Assembly: GCA_965208105.1 (NCBI GenBank)
Contig: OZ242318.1
Location: 2,592,001 to 2,656,000, forward strand
DNA: 64,000 nt
Direction of reading: 5' to 3'
DNA from: Candidatus Latescibacterota bacterium
GTDB lineage: Bacteria > Latescibacterota > UBA2968 > UBA8231
The stretch's first letter is position 1; each line of letters starts with the position of its first letter. Below are positions 50,238-64,000 of this stretch, in pieces. Below the pieces are notes generated by a model. It saw only the letters and a list, made by a program, of their open reading frames with translations, did no database searches and was not told the origin of the DNA. Position numbers and translations under genes: made by a program.

Positions 50238-51281
50238 TCAAGACGCGCCCTCTTCCGGCATAAGGGCGCTGGCCTCGCGCACCCCGCGCACGAAGTACTG
50301 GTAGAGGATGCTGCCCTGGTAGACCCCCTCGGCGACGGACGCCGCGCCGCCCTGGAGCAGAGATTGGCTCTGGCGCCGCCGCCGCCGCAGGTTGAGGGGA
50401 TGGGCGAGGCACCACAGCAGGGCGGCGAGAGGGGCCGGGACCTGGCGCCATTGGCGTCTCAGCAGATAGCCCAGGCTGGCGAGCACTTCGAGGCAGCAGC
50501 GCAGCGGCAATATGCGCAGGAGGGATCCGGCGCCCAGGTTCTTGCAGACCATGACCAGGTTGTTGCGGTGCTTGAGGTAGGCCCTGCGGAAGGTGGCCGC
50601 CGACAGGGAACGGCCCGAGTGGTGATAGACCACGGACGAAGGCACCGCCATGACGCGGTAGCCCGCCAGGTGCAGCCTCCAGCACAGGTCTATCTCCTCC
50701 ATGTGCATGTAGTACTCCGGATCGAGAAATCCGATCCGGCGCACCGCTTCGAGGCGCAGGAGCATGGCCGAGCCGCAGGCCCAGAACAGGGGCACCTGGC
50801 GGTCGTACTGGCCCCGGTCGCGCTCCAGATGGTAGAGGAGCCGGCCCCGGCAGAAAGGAAATCCCAGACGGTCGATATAGCCGCCGGCCGCCCCGCCGTC
50901 GTCCAGGCGCCAGGGCTGCCCGGCCGAGAGAAGCTTGGGCTGGCATGCGGCAACGGACGGATCGCTTTCGGCCGCGGCCACAAGGGGCTCGAGCCAGTTG
51001 GCGGTCACCCGGGTGTCGTCGTTGAGCAGGACCGCATAGGGGGTGCGCACCGCCTTCAGGCCGCGGTTGCAGGAGGCGCTGAACCCGAGGTTGCGCTGGT
51101 TGCGCAGGACCTCGATCCGGGGGAACTCCTTCCTCGCGCGCTGTATGCTGGGGGCGTCCGGACCGTCGTCCACGACGATGACGCGCAGGGCCGGGCCGCC
51201 GTGGGAGAAGAGGGCCCGGAGGCAGTCGCACAAAGTCTCGGCCCGATGGTGCGGAATGACGATGGTGGCGGCCGCGCTCAC
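50238..51281 (-). CDS. Glycosyltransferase family 2
   Basis: IVVDDG, NLGF...CN.G, LLNDD, FWACGS, EEIDLCWR, VYH. Confidence 0.9.
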   Translation of the reverse strand: MSAAATIVIPHHRAETLCDCLRALFSHGGPALRVIVVDDGPDAPSIQRARKEFPRIEVLRNQRNLGFSASCNRGLKAVRTPYAVLLNDDTRVTANWLEPLVAAAESDPSVAACQPKLLSAGQPWRLDDGGAAGGYIDRLGFPFCRGRLLYHLERDRGQYDRQVPLFWACGSAMLLRLEAVRRIGFLDPEYYMHMEEIDLCWRLHLAGYRVMAVPSSVVYHHSGRSLSAATFRRAYLKHRNNLVMVCKNLGAGSLLRILPLRCCLEVLASLGYLLRRQWRQVPAPLAALLWCLAHPLNLRRRRRQSQSLLQGGAASVAEGVYQGSILYQYFVRGVREASALMPEEGAS

Positions 51282-53914
51282 GGCTGGGCAGCGGAGCTGT
51301 CCGGGGGTGATTCGGCGCCCTCCTTGGCCTCCTGCCGGCTGCGCAGGGCGTTGCCCAGGACCTGCTCTGCCTCCACCAGCTCCTTGACCTCTCCGAACTC
51401 TTTCCGGTACTCCTCGAGGAGTTCGAGGCCGGCCTCAGCGGCGCCCTTGGCCTGCAAGGTCGCCGCCAGCTCGTAGTAGGCTTCCCAGCGATGCGGCTCG
51501 CGGGCAATGGCCTTGCGGTAGAGATATTCGGCCGGGTCAAAGGACGAGTGCGGCGGATTGAGGAGAATGCCCGCCAGGGTCACCACGTTCTCGTAGGTGG
51601 CGTGGGGACCCTCGCCGTAGGAGTCGAGCAGCAGGTCGCCCGCCTTGGAGATGAAGGTGCTGGCCGCCTCGATGCGGCCGCTGTCCTTGAGGTAGTCGGC
51701 GGCGGTGTAGTAGCCCTCCCAGTTGAAGAACAGGCGCTCCTCCGCCCAGAGCATCAGCTTGGCCACCTCCGCGTTTCTGCTCTCCCTCTGGTAGATGTCG
51801 GCCAGTTGCATGACGCAGGCGCGGTAGTTGGCCAGCAGCCGCCGGGTGTTGAAATCCTTGTAGACCTCGGGGTCGGTGAGGCTGCGAAAGCGATAGACCT
51901 CGAAGAGATTGCGCTCCAGCGCCTCTACATCCGGTCCCAGATCGCGCTCCTTCACCAGCTTCAGGGCCATGCCCTGCATGCGCAGATAGGGGTCGAGCCC
52001 GAGGCGGCCGCTGCCCGCCACCGTGATGGCGAAGTAGATGGGACGCTCCCAGTCGTTCCAGAGGAGCAGACCGATGATCATGAGGTCCTGGACCCGCAGC
52101 AGCTCGCCAGGCCCGGCAGGCTTTACATCGACATCGAAGCCGGCGTCGGAGAGCGCCTTCTTCACCTGGGAGATCACCGGCTCGCGCCAGGCGCGCCGGT
52201 AGAGGTCGACCAGCTGGGTGTCGGTGAGCACCGAGTCTATGTAGGTGTCGTCGAGCCGAATGGGGACCTTGGGCTCGCGGTCGCGCAGCTGCTTGATGTA
52301 CCAGTTGGTGTTGAGCAGGCTCAGGTTGATGACGCGCACGTCCCTGCGGACCCCCTCCACCTCCTGCAGATACCACAGGGGGAAGGTGTCGTTGTCGCCG
52401 TTGGTGAAGAGCAGGCCGTTGGGCTCGCAGGTCTGCAGGATATTGTAGGCATAGTCGTAGGCAACGTAGTCGCCGGTGCGGTCCTCGATGTGGTAGAGCT
52501 TGGCGCCGATGCCCGCGGGCAGGGCCAGGCCGCAGCAGGCCAGGACCCAGAGAAGGGCCCCGCGCAGAGCGAAGCGCCGGCGCAGGTTCTCGACGATGGC
52601 GATCCAGCCCAGTCCCATCCACAGGGCGAAAGCGAAGTACATGCCGCCGAACACGTAGTGGCGCTCGCGCGGCTGCGGGTCGTGCATGTTCAGATAAAGG
52701 GACAGGCCGAACCCCATGATCAGGAACATGGAGAGGATGGCCAGGAAGCGCTTCCAGTCCCGGCGCAGGTGCCAGAGCATGCCTCCCACGCCCAGCAGGT
52801 AGGGAATCAAGGAGACGCTCACCAGGTCCCTGGCATTCTCGGTGGCGCGGCGGAACTCCACGCCGCGCTCCAGCAGGGGAAAGGGAAACTGCTGGAAGAA
52901 GTACTTCATCTGCAGGTGCCAGAACTGGTAGGTGCGCGTTGCCCGCGCCTGCAGCATGCCCAGCAGCTGGCTCTCGCTGCCGTACTGCTCGCGATTGAGG
53001 AATTTGACGAAAGCCGCCCACGTTTCCGGGTTGTTCTGGTCGACGGCGGGTTCGAGCCCCGAGCGGATATAGAGGGCCGCGTAGGTGGAATACCCCAGGG
53101 CGAACAGGATCGCGACCCCCAGCAGCAGCCAGCAGGAGCGGCGGTCGTGGCGATAGAGGTAGTAGAGCAGGACGGCAAGGGCGGCCAGGGTCGAGAGGTT
53201 GCTTCCCGTCCCCGGCCCCAGCAGCAGCAGGGAGGCGAAAGCCCAGACCCCCACCGCCAGGATCAGCATGATCGGGCGGCGCAACTTCTCGTCGGCGAAC
53301 CAGGCCAGGATCAGGATGGAAGGTATGATCAGCAGGCACAGCAGGTGCAGGCCGCCCCCCAGGCCGAAGACGTAGGCGATGAGGAAGAGCCACTTGTCGT
53401 TGCCGGACCCGTGCTGCGTGCCCTCCCAGTACAGAACGAGCCAGACCCCGAGACAGACGAAGAAGATGGAGTAACCGTAGACCTCCGCCTCGGTGGCGTT
53501 GAACCACATGGTGTAGGAGCAGGCCAGAACCAGCGCGGACACCGCGGCTCCCAGGACGACGCCGATTTCGCGGCCGTCGTCGAAGGGTTGCAGGGAGACT
53601 CCCCCCAGGGCCCGGCGGGCCAGCACCACCGTGCTCAGGTAGACGCACCACACGGACAGGGCCGAGGCCAGCACCGACATGAACACCACGCGCCAGGCGA
53701 TGTCGGCGAAGGGCAGCAGGGTGAATATTCGCCCCAGAAGGACGTAGAGGGGCGAGCCGGGTGGGTGGGGGACTCCGAGAATGTAGGAACAGGTGATGAA
53801 CTCGCCGCAGTCCCAGAAGGTCAGGCCCGGTGCCATGGTCCTGGTGTAGAGGCCCAGGACGACCACGAACACACCCATCCCGACCCAGCGATGCAGCGAT
53901 TGAATTGATGGCAT
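51278..53914 (-). CDS. DUF2723 (TMEM260-like) multi-pass membrane protein with a TPR-like C-terminus
   Basis: FWDCGEF, VPHPPG.P, NATEAEVY, REQYG, QPRER.Y, FTNGDNDTFPLWY.QEVEG.R.DVR; many TM segments. Confidence 0.85.
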   Translation of the reverse strand: MPSIQSLHRWVGMGVFVVVLGLYTRTMAPGLTFWDCGEFITCSYILGVPHPPGSPLYVLLGRIFTLLPFADIAWRVVFMSVLASALSVWCVYLSTVVLARRALGGVSLQPFDDGREIGVVLGAAVSALVLACSYTMWFNATEAEVYGYSIFFVCLGVWLVLYWEGTQHGSGNDKWLFLIAYVFGLGGGLHLLCLLIIPSILILAWFADEKLRRPIMLILAVGVWAFASLLLLGPGTGSNLSTLAALAVLLYYLYRHDRRSCWLLLGVAILFALGYSTYAALYIRSGLEPAVDQNNPETWAAFVKFLNREQYGSESQLLGMLQARATRTYQFWHLQMKYFFQQFPFPLLERGVEFRRATENARDLVSVSLIPYLLGVGGMLWHLRRDWKRFLAILSMFLIMGFGLSLYLNMHDPQPRERHYVFGGMYFAFALWMGLGWIAIVENLRRRFALRGALLWVLACCGLALPAGIGAKLYHIEDRTGDYVAYDYAYNILQTCEPNGLLFTNGDNDTFPLWYLQEVEGVRRDVRVINLSLLNTNWYIKQLRDREPKVPIRLDDTYIDSVLTDTQLVDLYRRAWREPVISQVKKALSDAGFDVDVKPAGPGELLRVQDLMIIGLLLWNDWERPIYFAITVAGSGRLGLDPYLRMQGMALKLVKERDLGPDVEALERNLFEVYRFRSLTDPEVYKDFNTRRLLANYRACVMQLADIYQRESRNAEVAKLMLWAEERLFFNWEGYYTAADYLKDSGRIEAASTFISKAGDLLLDSYGEGPHATYENVVTLAGILLNPPHSSFDPAEYLYRKAIAREPHRWEAYYELAATLQAKGAAEAGLELLEEYRKEFGEVKELVEAEQVLGNALRSRQEAKEGAESPPDSSAAQP

Positions 53915-54021
53915 ATGGACTCTTTTTGAGGAGGAAGTGCAGCCCCGGAAAGGTCCGTCGGAGCCTGCATCAGAGTAAAAGTAACAAATTCTTCAGCAAC
54001 GGCACACTTTGGCGATGGATC

Positions 54022-54696
54022 CTACGTCCCTGTCCCGGTCTCCGCCCGCAGGTCGACGCTGCCCCAGGTGCTGGGGTCGTGGGCTATGGGCTGGCCGCTG
54101 CCGGCGGACCAGGATTGCACGCCCCTTTCCACGTCGTGAAGGAGGTAGGTGAATCCCAGGCGGCCGAACTCGCGGGGTTGATATCCTTCCAGGCCGGAGG
54201 CCGGCAGTTTTATCTCCATCTGGCAGCTCCTCTTGAGACGGCGCAATCCCACCTCCATGGAGTCTTCAGGACACGGGGGCGCCTGCTCGCGGGCATTTTC
54301 GATGGTCGTCTGCCGGCCGATGGGCTTTTTGCCGTCCTTGCCCGCCCCTCCGGGAAGAAAGTAGAAATGGTAGCAGTAGCGGTTGGCGCGGTGTGCATCC
54401 TTCAGGTCGCGGGTGTCCAGCCAGAGCTCCAGGCAGTCGCCCCTCGCAGGGTTCCCGGGGTCGATCCGGTAGCGCGATTTCCGGCGGACGCGGAGAGCGA
54501 AGTAGAGGCCGGAGTCGTCCCAGGCCATGTAGAGGTCGGCGAAGGACTCCAGGCCTTCCACCGCCATCAGGTCGGGGATGCGGAAGGCGTCGTCCCAGTC
54601 GCGCAGGTTGCCGTCTATGCGCGGAGGTTCGCGGCGAAACGGGCAGGCGAAGGAGAAGTTGAAGAAGGCGCGCTGGGGGATGTGGAGGTTGTTCAT
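54022..54696 (-). CDS. Carbohydrate-binding family 9-like (DOMON-like) protein
   Basis: PRIDGNLRDW, MAWDDSGLYFA, GDCLELWLD, EIKLP, P.TWG. Confidence 0.65.
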   Translation of the reverse strand: MNNLHIPQRAFFNFSFACPFRREPPRIDGNLRDWDDAFRIPDLMAVEGLESFADLYMAWDDSGLYFALRVRRKSRYRIDPGNPARGDCLELWLDTRDLKDAHRANRYCYHFYFLPGGAGKDGKKPIGRQTTIENAREQAPPCPEDSMEVGLRRLKRSCQMEIKLPASGLEGYQPREFGRLGFTYLLHDVERGVQSWSAGSGQPIAHDPSTWGSVDLRAETGTGT

Positions 54697-54786
54697 TTGA
54701 TGTGGATTTCTTTGCGGGCCGGGCGGATCCCGGGGCCGGAGACGGCCCCGCGGAGACCCTGCGTAAACGCGGCCGCGCCGGTCTGT

Positions 54787-60477
<5,691 letters not shown>

Positions 60478-60546
60478 AGGTCCTGCAGAGTTTGAAGGCG
60501 TTCGCCGGATCGAGTGGCTCTTCCCGTCCGCTACTTTCCTCGGCCA

Positions 60547-61356
60547 CTAGGCGGCGTTTTTGCGTGACTTGACGATTTCCTTGACGTGGTTGTAGCCGGC
60601 CACCTCCATGAGCTCCAGGGTTTCCGGCGACAGACGCTCCCTGATCTCCTGCGGCAGAGGGAGGGAACCGCCGTAGTGCTGCGGCAGGTAGCGCAGCACC
60701 AGGGTGCGGCGGTCGCGGTCAGCGGGTTTCCACGGCAGGGTTCCGTGGGTCAGCAGCTCGGAGATGATCACTACGTCGCCGGCTCGCGGACAGATATTCT
60801 CCACCCCGGCGGGCACCTCTTCGGTTATCTCGTTGTCCGGGTAGAAAAGATCCAGCGGGCGCTCGAACGCGGACTTGTGGGAGCCGGGTACGACGATGAG
60901 ACCGCCGTCGCCCGGGTGGACGTCGGTGAGGTAGGGGAAAACCACAGGACAATCGCAGAAGATGCCGCCGTTCTGTACCGCATAGCGGGTGCTCGCCCAG
61001 CCGTAATCTTCCCGAGCGCTGTGCAGCCGGGTTCCTTTCATCCGCCTGTTGACCAGAAGGGTTCCCCGCAGCAGCCGCGGTCTGTCCTGGGTGAGTTCGC
61101 AGATGATGGGCAAGGTGGCCGGATGGGTGGTCAGGGACTCCAGGGCCTTGTCGAAGGCGAATCCGTTGGGGTAGGTGAAAAAGCCCTCCTTGTCGGCATT
61201 CTCACCAGTGCCGAATCCGGGGGGCATTTGTCCGGGCGGGGTGCTGACGTAGCGCTCGGCCGCCTCCTGGGCCTGCTGCAACTCCTCGTCGCCGAGGACG
61301 TTCTCGAGGTGGAGGTAGCCGGCCACGTCGAAAAAGTAGCGCTGTTCGGGAGTCAT
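60547..61356 (-). CDS. Phytanoyl-CoA dioxygenase (PhyH) family protein
   Basis: FFDVAGYL, LH, YLTDVHPGDGG..VVPGSHK, AGDV....E.LTHG..PW...RR. Confidence 0.85.
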   Translation of the reverse strand: MTPEQRYFFDVAGYLHLENVLGDEELQQAQEAAERYVSTPPGQMPPGFGTGENADKEGFFTYPNGFAFDKALESLTTHPATLPIICELTQDRPRLLRGTLLVNRRMKGTRLHSAREDYGWASTRYAVQNGGIFCDCPVVFPYLTDVHPGDGGLIVVPGSHKSAFERPLDLFYPDNEITEEVPAGVENICPRAGDVVIISELLTHGTLPWKPADRDRRTLVLRYLPQHYGGSLPLPQEIRERLSPETLELMEVAGYNHVKEIVKSRKNAA

Positions 61357-61612
61357 TCAGTAGCCTCCTGCAGGTGTCGTGGGTCGGTGAAAATTTCCGG
61401 ATTGTTTTCAGTTCCAGCTCTAACAGCGGAGGTCCATACTCGGTGATTCCGATGAGAGTGCGCACGAACATGCTCCACGATCGGCACCGTAAATCAGGGC
61501 AGTTGTGGCGGGGTTGCGAGCGGAAATCGCCGGGATGGCCGGAACCAGGAAAGATAAGAAAAAACAGAGAGAGGAGAAACATCTTGCCGGAGTTGCGCCT
61601 GGTTTCGTCCTT

Positions 61613-61629
61613 GAACCATAATATGGTTC
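61613..61629. promoter_or_regulatory. Palindromic operator candidate in the divergent phyH / sulfatase intergenic region
   Basis: GAACCATA-A-TATGGTTC is a perfect 8-1-8 inverted repeat overlapping a CATAAT -10-like hexamer. Confidence 0.5.
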
Positions 61630-61687
61630 TGGAAGCCATCCGGGACCGGAACCGATCGGCATTTTTTGAATTGTGAGGAGTGAACCC

Positions 61688-63364
61688 ATGTCCAGGCCCA
61701 ACGTAGTCATCGTCATCATGGACGACCTGGCCTACGGGGATCTCGCCTGCCACGGCAATCCCCATACCAGGACCCCCCATCTGGACCGCCTCCATGGAGA
61801 GAGTACCCGGCTGACCCGTTACCTCTCCGGACCGGTGTGCACTCCGGCGCGGGCGGCCCTCTTCACCGGACGCCATGCCTATCGCACCCGCGCCATCGAC
61901 ACCTACCTGGGGCGGTCGATGATCGACCCGGAGGAGGTGACCCTGGCGGAACTGCTGCGCGACGGAGGCTACGCCACGGGCCTGTTCGGCAAGTGGCACC
62001 TGGGCGACTGCTATCCCTGCCGGCCCCTCGACAAGGGTTTCGAGGAGTGCGTCATGCACCGCGGCGGCGGGCTGTGGCAGCCGGCGGGTCTGGGGCGCGA
62101 CAGCTACCATGACCCCGATCTGATGCACAACGGCGAACTGCGGCGCTACCAAGGCTACTGCACCGATATCTTCTTTGACGAAGCCCAGAAATTCATCGAA
62201 GAGGAGGCGCGAGGGCCCTTTTTCGCCTACGTCGCTACCAATGCGCCGCACACTCCGCTGGAGGTCGCCGAGGACTGGAGCCAGCCCTACCGCGACATGG
62301 GCCTCTGCGAATCGGAGTCCCGCCTCTACGGGATGGTGGAAAATATCGACTACAACGTCGGCCGCCTGAGCCGCAAGCTGGACGATCTCGGCATCGGCGA
62401 AAATACCATACTAATCTACACCTCGGACCACGGCCCATGCGGATCGTCGCGGGACGCATCGGGCAGGGTCCGCTTCAATGCCGGCCTCAGGGGCATCAAG
62501 GGCGGACTCTACGAAGGGGGGATCAAGGTCCCCTTCTTCATTCGCTGGCCCGCCGGGATTGCAGCCGGCCGCGACCTCCGCCTTCTGGCCAATCCCATCG
62601 ATCTGCTGCCCACGCTGTGCGCCGCCGCCGCCGTCGACCCTCCCGCGGACAGGATCATCGACGGCAGGAACCTCCTCCCCCTTCTAACCGGGGAGATGGA
62701 AGTCGAGGCCTGGCCGGAGCGCAGCATTTGCATGCAATGGCACCGGGGGGACGAAGCACGGCGCCACCGCAACTATGCCGTCATCGGTCCGCGCTACAAG
62801 CTTCTTCGTCCCGAGGGCTCCGAAGTGGACGAGCTCTACGATCTAACCGAGGACCCGGCGGAAGAACGCGACATATGCGGCGAGCATCCCGACATTGCCG
62901 TTTCAATGCGCCGGGAGTACGAACGCTGGTTCGACGATGTGTCCTCCACGCGCCCCGACAACTACGACCCACCGCGCATCGTCATCGGCACCGAACGCGA
63001 GAATCCCACCGGGCTGACCCGGCAGGACTGGCGTCTCTACGGCGTGGAGGAAGGTTGGAACTCCGACAATCCGGGGTACTGGCTGGTGGAAATCGCCGCG
63101 GAAGGAGACTACTCGCTGCGCATCGAGACCGATATCCTTGAAGGCATGGAAAACGCCGCGTTGCATTTCAAATGCGGCGGGCTGCACATCGAGCGCAGCA
63201 TCACCTCGTGGGACAGGACGGAAATCGCCTTCGCAAGGGTCGCGCTCGAAGGCGGGGCGCACACCCTGGAGGCATACGTCGAGCACGATGGGAAGAAATG
63301 GGGAGTAAGGAGGGTGATCGTAGGGAAGCCTGCCAAGTGGAGCCTGAAGGGAGAAACTGCCTGA
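61688..63364 (+). CDS. Arylsulfatase
   Basis: PNVVIVIMDDL, CTPARAALFTG, GKWHLG, NAPH.P, TSDHG, KG.LYEGG. Confidence 0.93.
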   Translation: MSRPNVVIVIMDDLAYGDLACHGNPHTRTPHLDRLHGESTRLTRYLSGPVCTPARAALFTGRHAYRTRAIDTYLGRSMIDPEEVTLAELLRDGGYATGLFGKWHLGDCYPCRPLDKGFEECVMHRGGGLWQPAGLGRDSYHDPDLMHNGELRRYQGYCTDIFFDEAQKFIEEEARGPFFAYVATNAPHTPLEVAEDWSQPYRDMGLCESESRLYGMVENIDYNVGRLSRKLDDLGIGENTILIYTSDHGPCGSSRDASGRVRFNAGLRGIKGGLYEGGIKVPFFIRWPAGIAAGRDLRLLANPIDLLPTLCAAAAVDPPADRIIDGRNLLPLLTGEMEVEAWPERSICMQWHRGDEARRHRNYAVIGPRYKLLRPEGSEVDELYDLTEDPAEERDICGEHPDIAVSMRREYERWFDDVSSTRPDNYDPPRIVIGTERENPTGLTRQDWRLYGVEEGWNSDNPGYWLVEIAAEGDYSLRIETDILEGMENAALHFKCGGLHIERSITSWDRTEIAFARVALEGGAHTLEAYVEHDGKKWGVRRVIVGKPAKWSLKGETA

Positions 63365-63397
63365 GGTCAACCGCGAGACCTCCCCTCCCTCCTTCGG

Positions 63398-63958
63398 TCA
63401 AAGCACCTGCTGGATATAACCCAGACTGCGCTTGTCCAGCAGGTCCAGGTCCTCGATCTCGAAGCGGTTGCCGTCCACGTCTACGATCAGCAGGCGGCGG
63501 GCGCCGAGCCACTGGACGTTCTCCGCCACGTTCTGCACCACGAACTCGCGCTGACCACGATTGGTTTTCACCTCCCAGTAGGAGGTTCCGAACTCGCTGC
63601 GCAGGGAGTCGATTCGCTCGACGACCGAGGTCAGGTAGCGGCGCTCGAGCTCCTCGCCGATGATGGCGCGCGTCCCCTTGTCCAGGTCCCTGAGGTCGTC
63701 GACCATGCAGATCTCCTCGTCCTTGGCGTCGAGGATCGAAATGAAGCGGTCGGGATAGGACAGGGGCGCTGCACGCACAACCTTCACCTTGAGATAGGAC
63801 CGGTCTCCGTCGATGGTCAGGCGCAAGGTCCACGGCGGTTCGCGGAACAGCCGGATTTTGTCCGCCTCCACCTTGTCCGGGTGGGTCACCACAATGGGGG
63901 TGATCGATTTTCCCTCGCCCTCGCGGCCGCCTGCGGCCTGTTCATTTTCGCCTGTCAT
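63398..63958 (-). CDS. DUF1854 domain-containing protein
   Basis: VRAAPLS.PD.FISI.D...EI, EL.RRY....I, WEV.T.RG...F, I.DVDGNRFEI.D...LD..S. Confidence 0.75.
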   Translation of the reverse strand: MTGENEQAAGGREGEGKSITPIVVTHPDKVEADKIRLFREPPWTLRLTIDGDRSYLKVKVVRAAPLSYPDRFISILDAKDEEICMVDDLRDLDKGTRAIIGEELERRYLTSVVERIDSLRSEFGTSYWEVKTNRGQREFVVQNVAENVQWLGARRLLIVDVDGNRFEIEDLDLLDKRSLGYIQQVL

Positions 63959-64000
63959 TCTCCATTCTCCATCTTCGCGCAAGCAAGGCCGACACGCCGA

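Noticed and set aside
51491-53908. 805-aa plus-strand ORF
   Set aside because: Antisense shadow of the DUF2723 gene.

Overview
High-GC bacterial genomic window. Gene content (two sulfatases, two PhyH dioxygenases, several SDR/AKR oxidoreductases, secreted WD40/LRR and RCC1-repeat proteins) suggests a Latescibacterota/Gemmatimonadota/Poribacteria-like, possibly sponge-associated organism; this is an inference. Positions ~1-25.7 kb and ~44.7-64 kb are housekeeping and catabolic genes: NAD kinase, PrpD family, hflX, lon, glnD, MetE-like, fhs, tyrS, guaA, NamZ, GT2, DUF2723 and a tandem double-length UvrA. Positions ~25.9-44.6 kb are an accessory region full of IS remnants (IS3, IS481, IS701, IS110), a truncated type IIG R-M gene and a decayed BrnT/BrnA pair. 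Best findings: (1) an apparently intact IS110/IS1111-type element with 13-bp sub-terminal IRs and a 3' bridge/seekRNA-like structure, in which two 7-nt loop segments match exactly its insertion site and its own end junction; (2) that insertion site is the terminal CTAG of a 164-bp hairpin MITE; (3) a second 164-bp CTAG element 17 kb away has a different sequence but the same motif offsets and covarying stems, pointing to a structure-conserved miniature element family targeted by an RNA-guided recombinase. No rRNA, tRNA or CRISPR array was recognised. All calls come from reading the sequence and translations; no database search or folding program was run.
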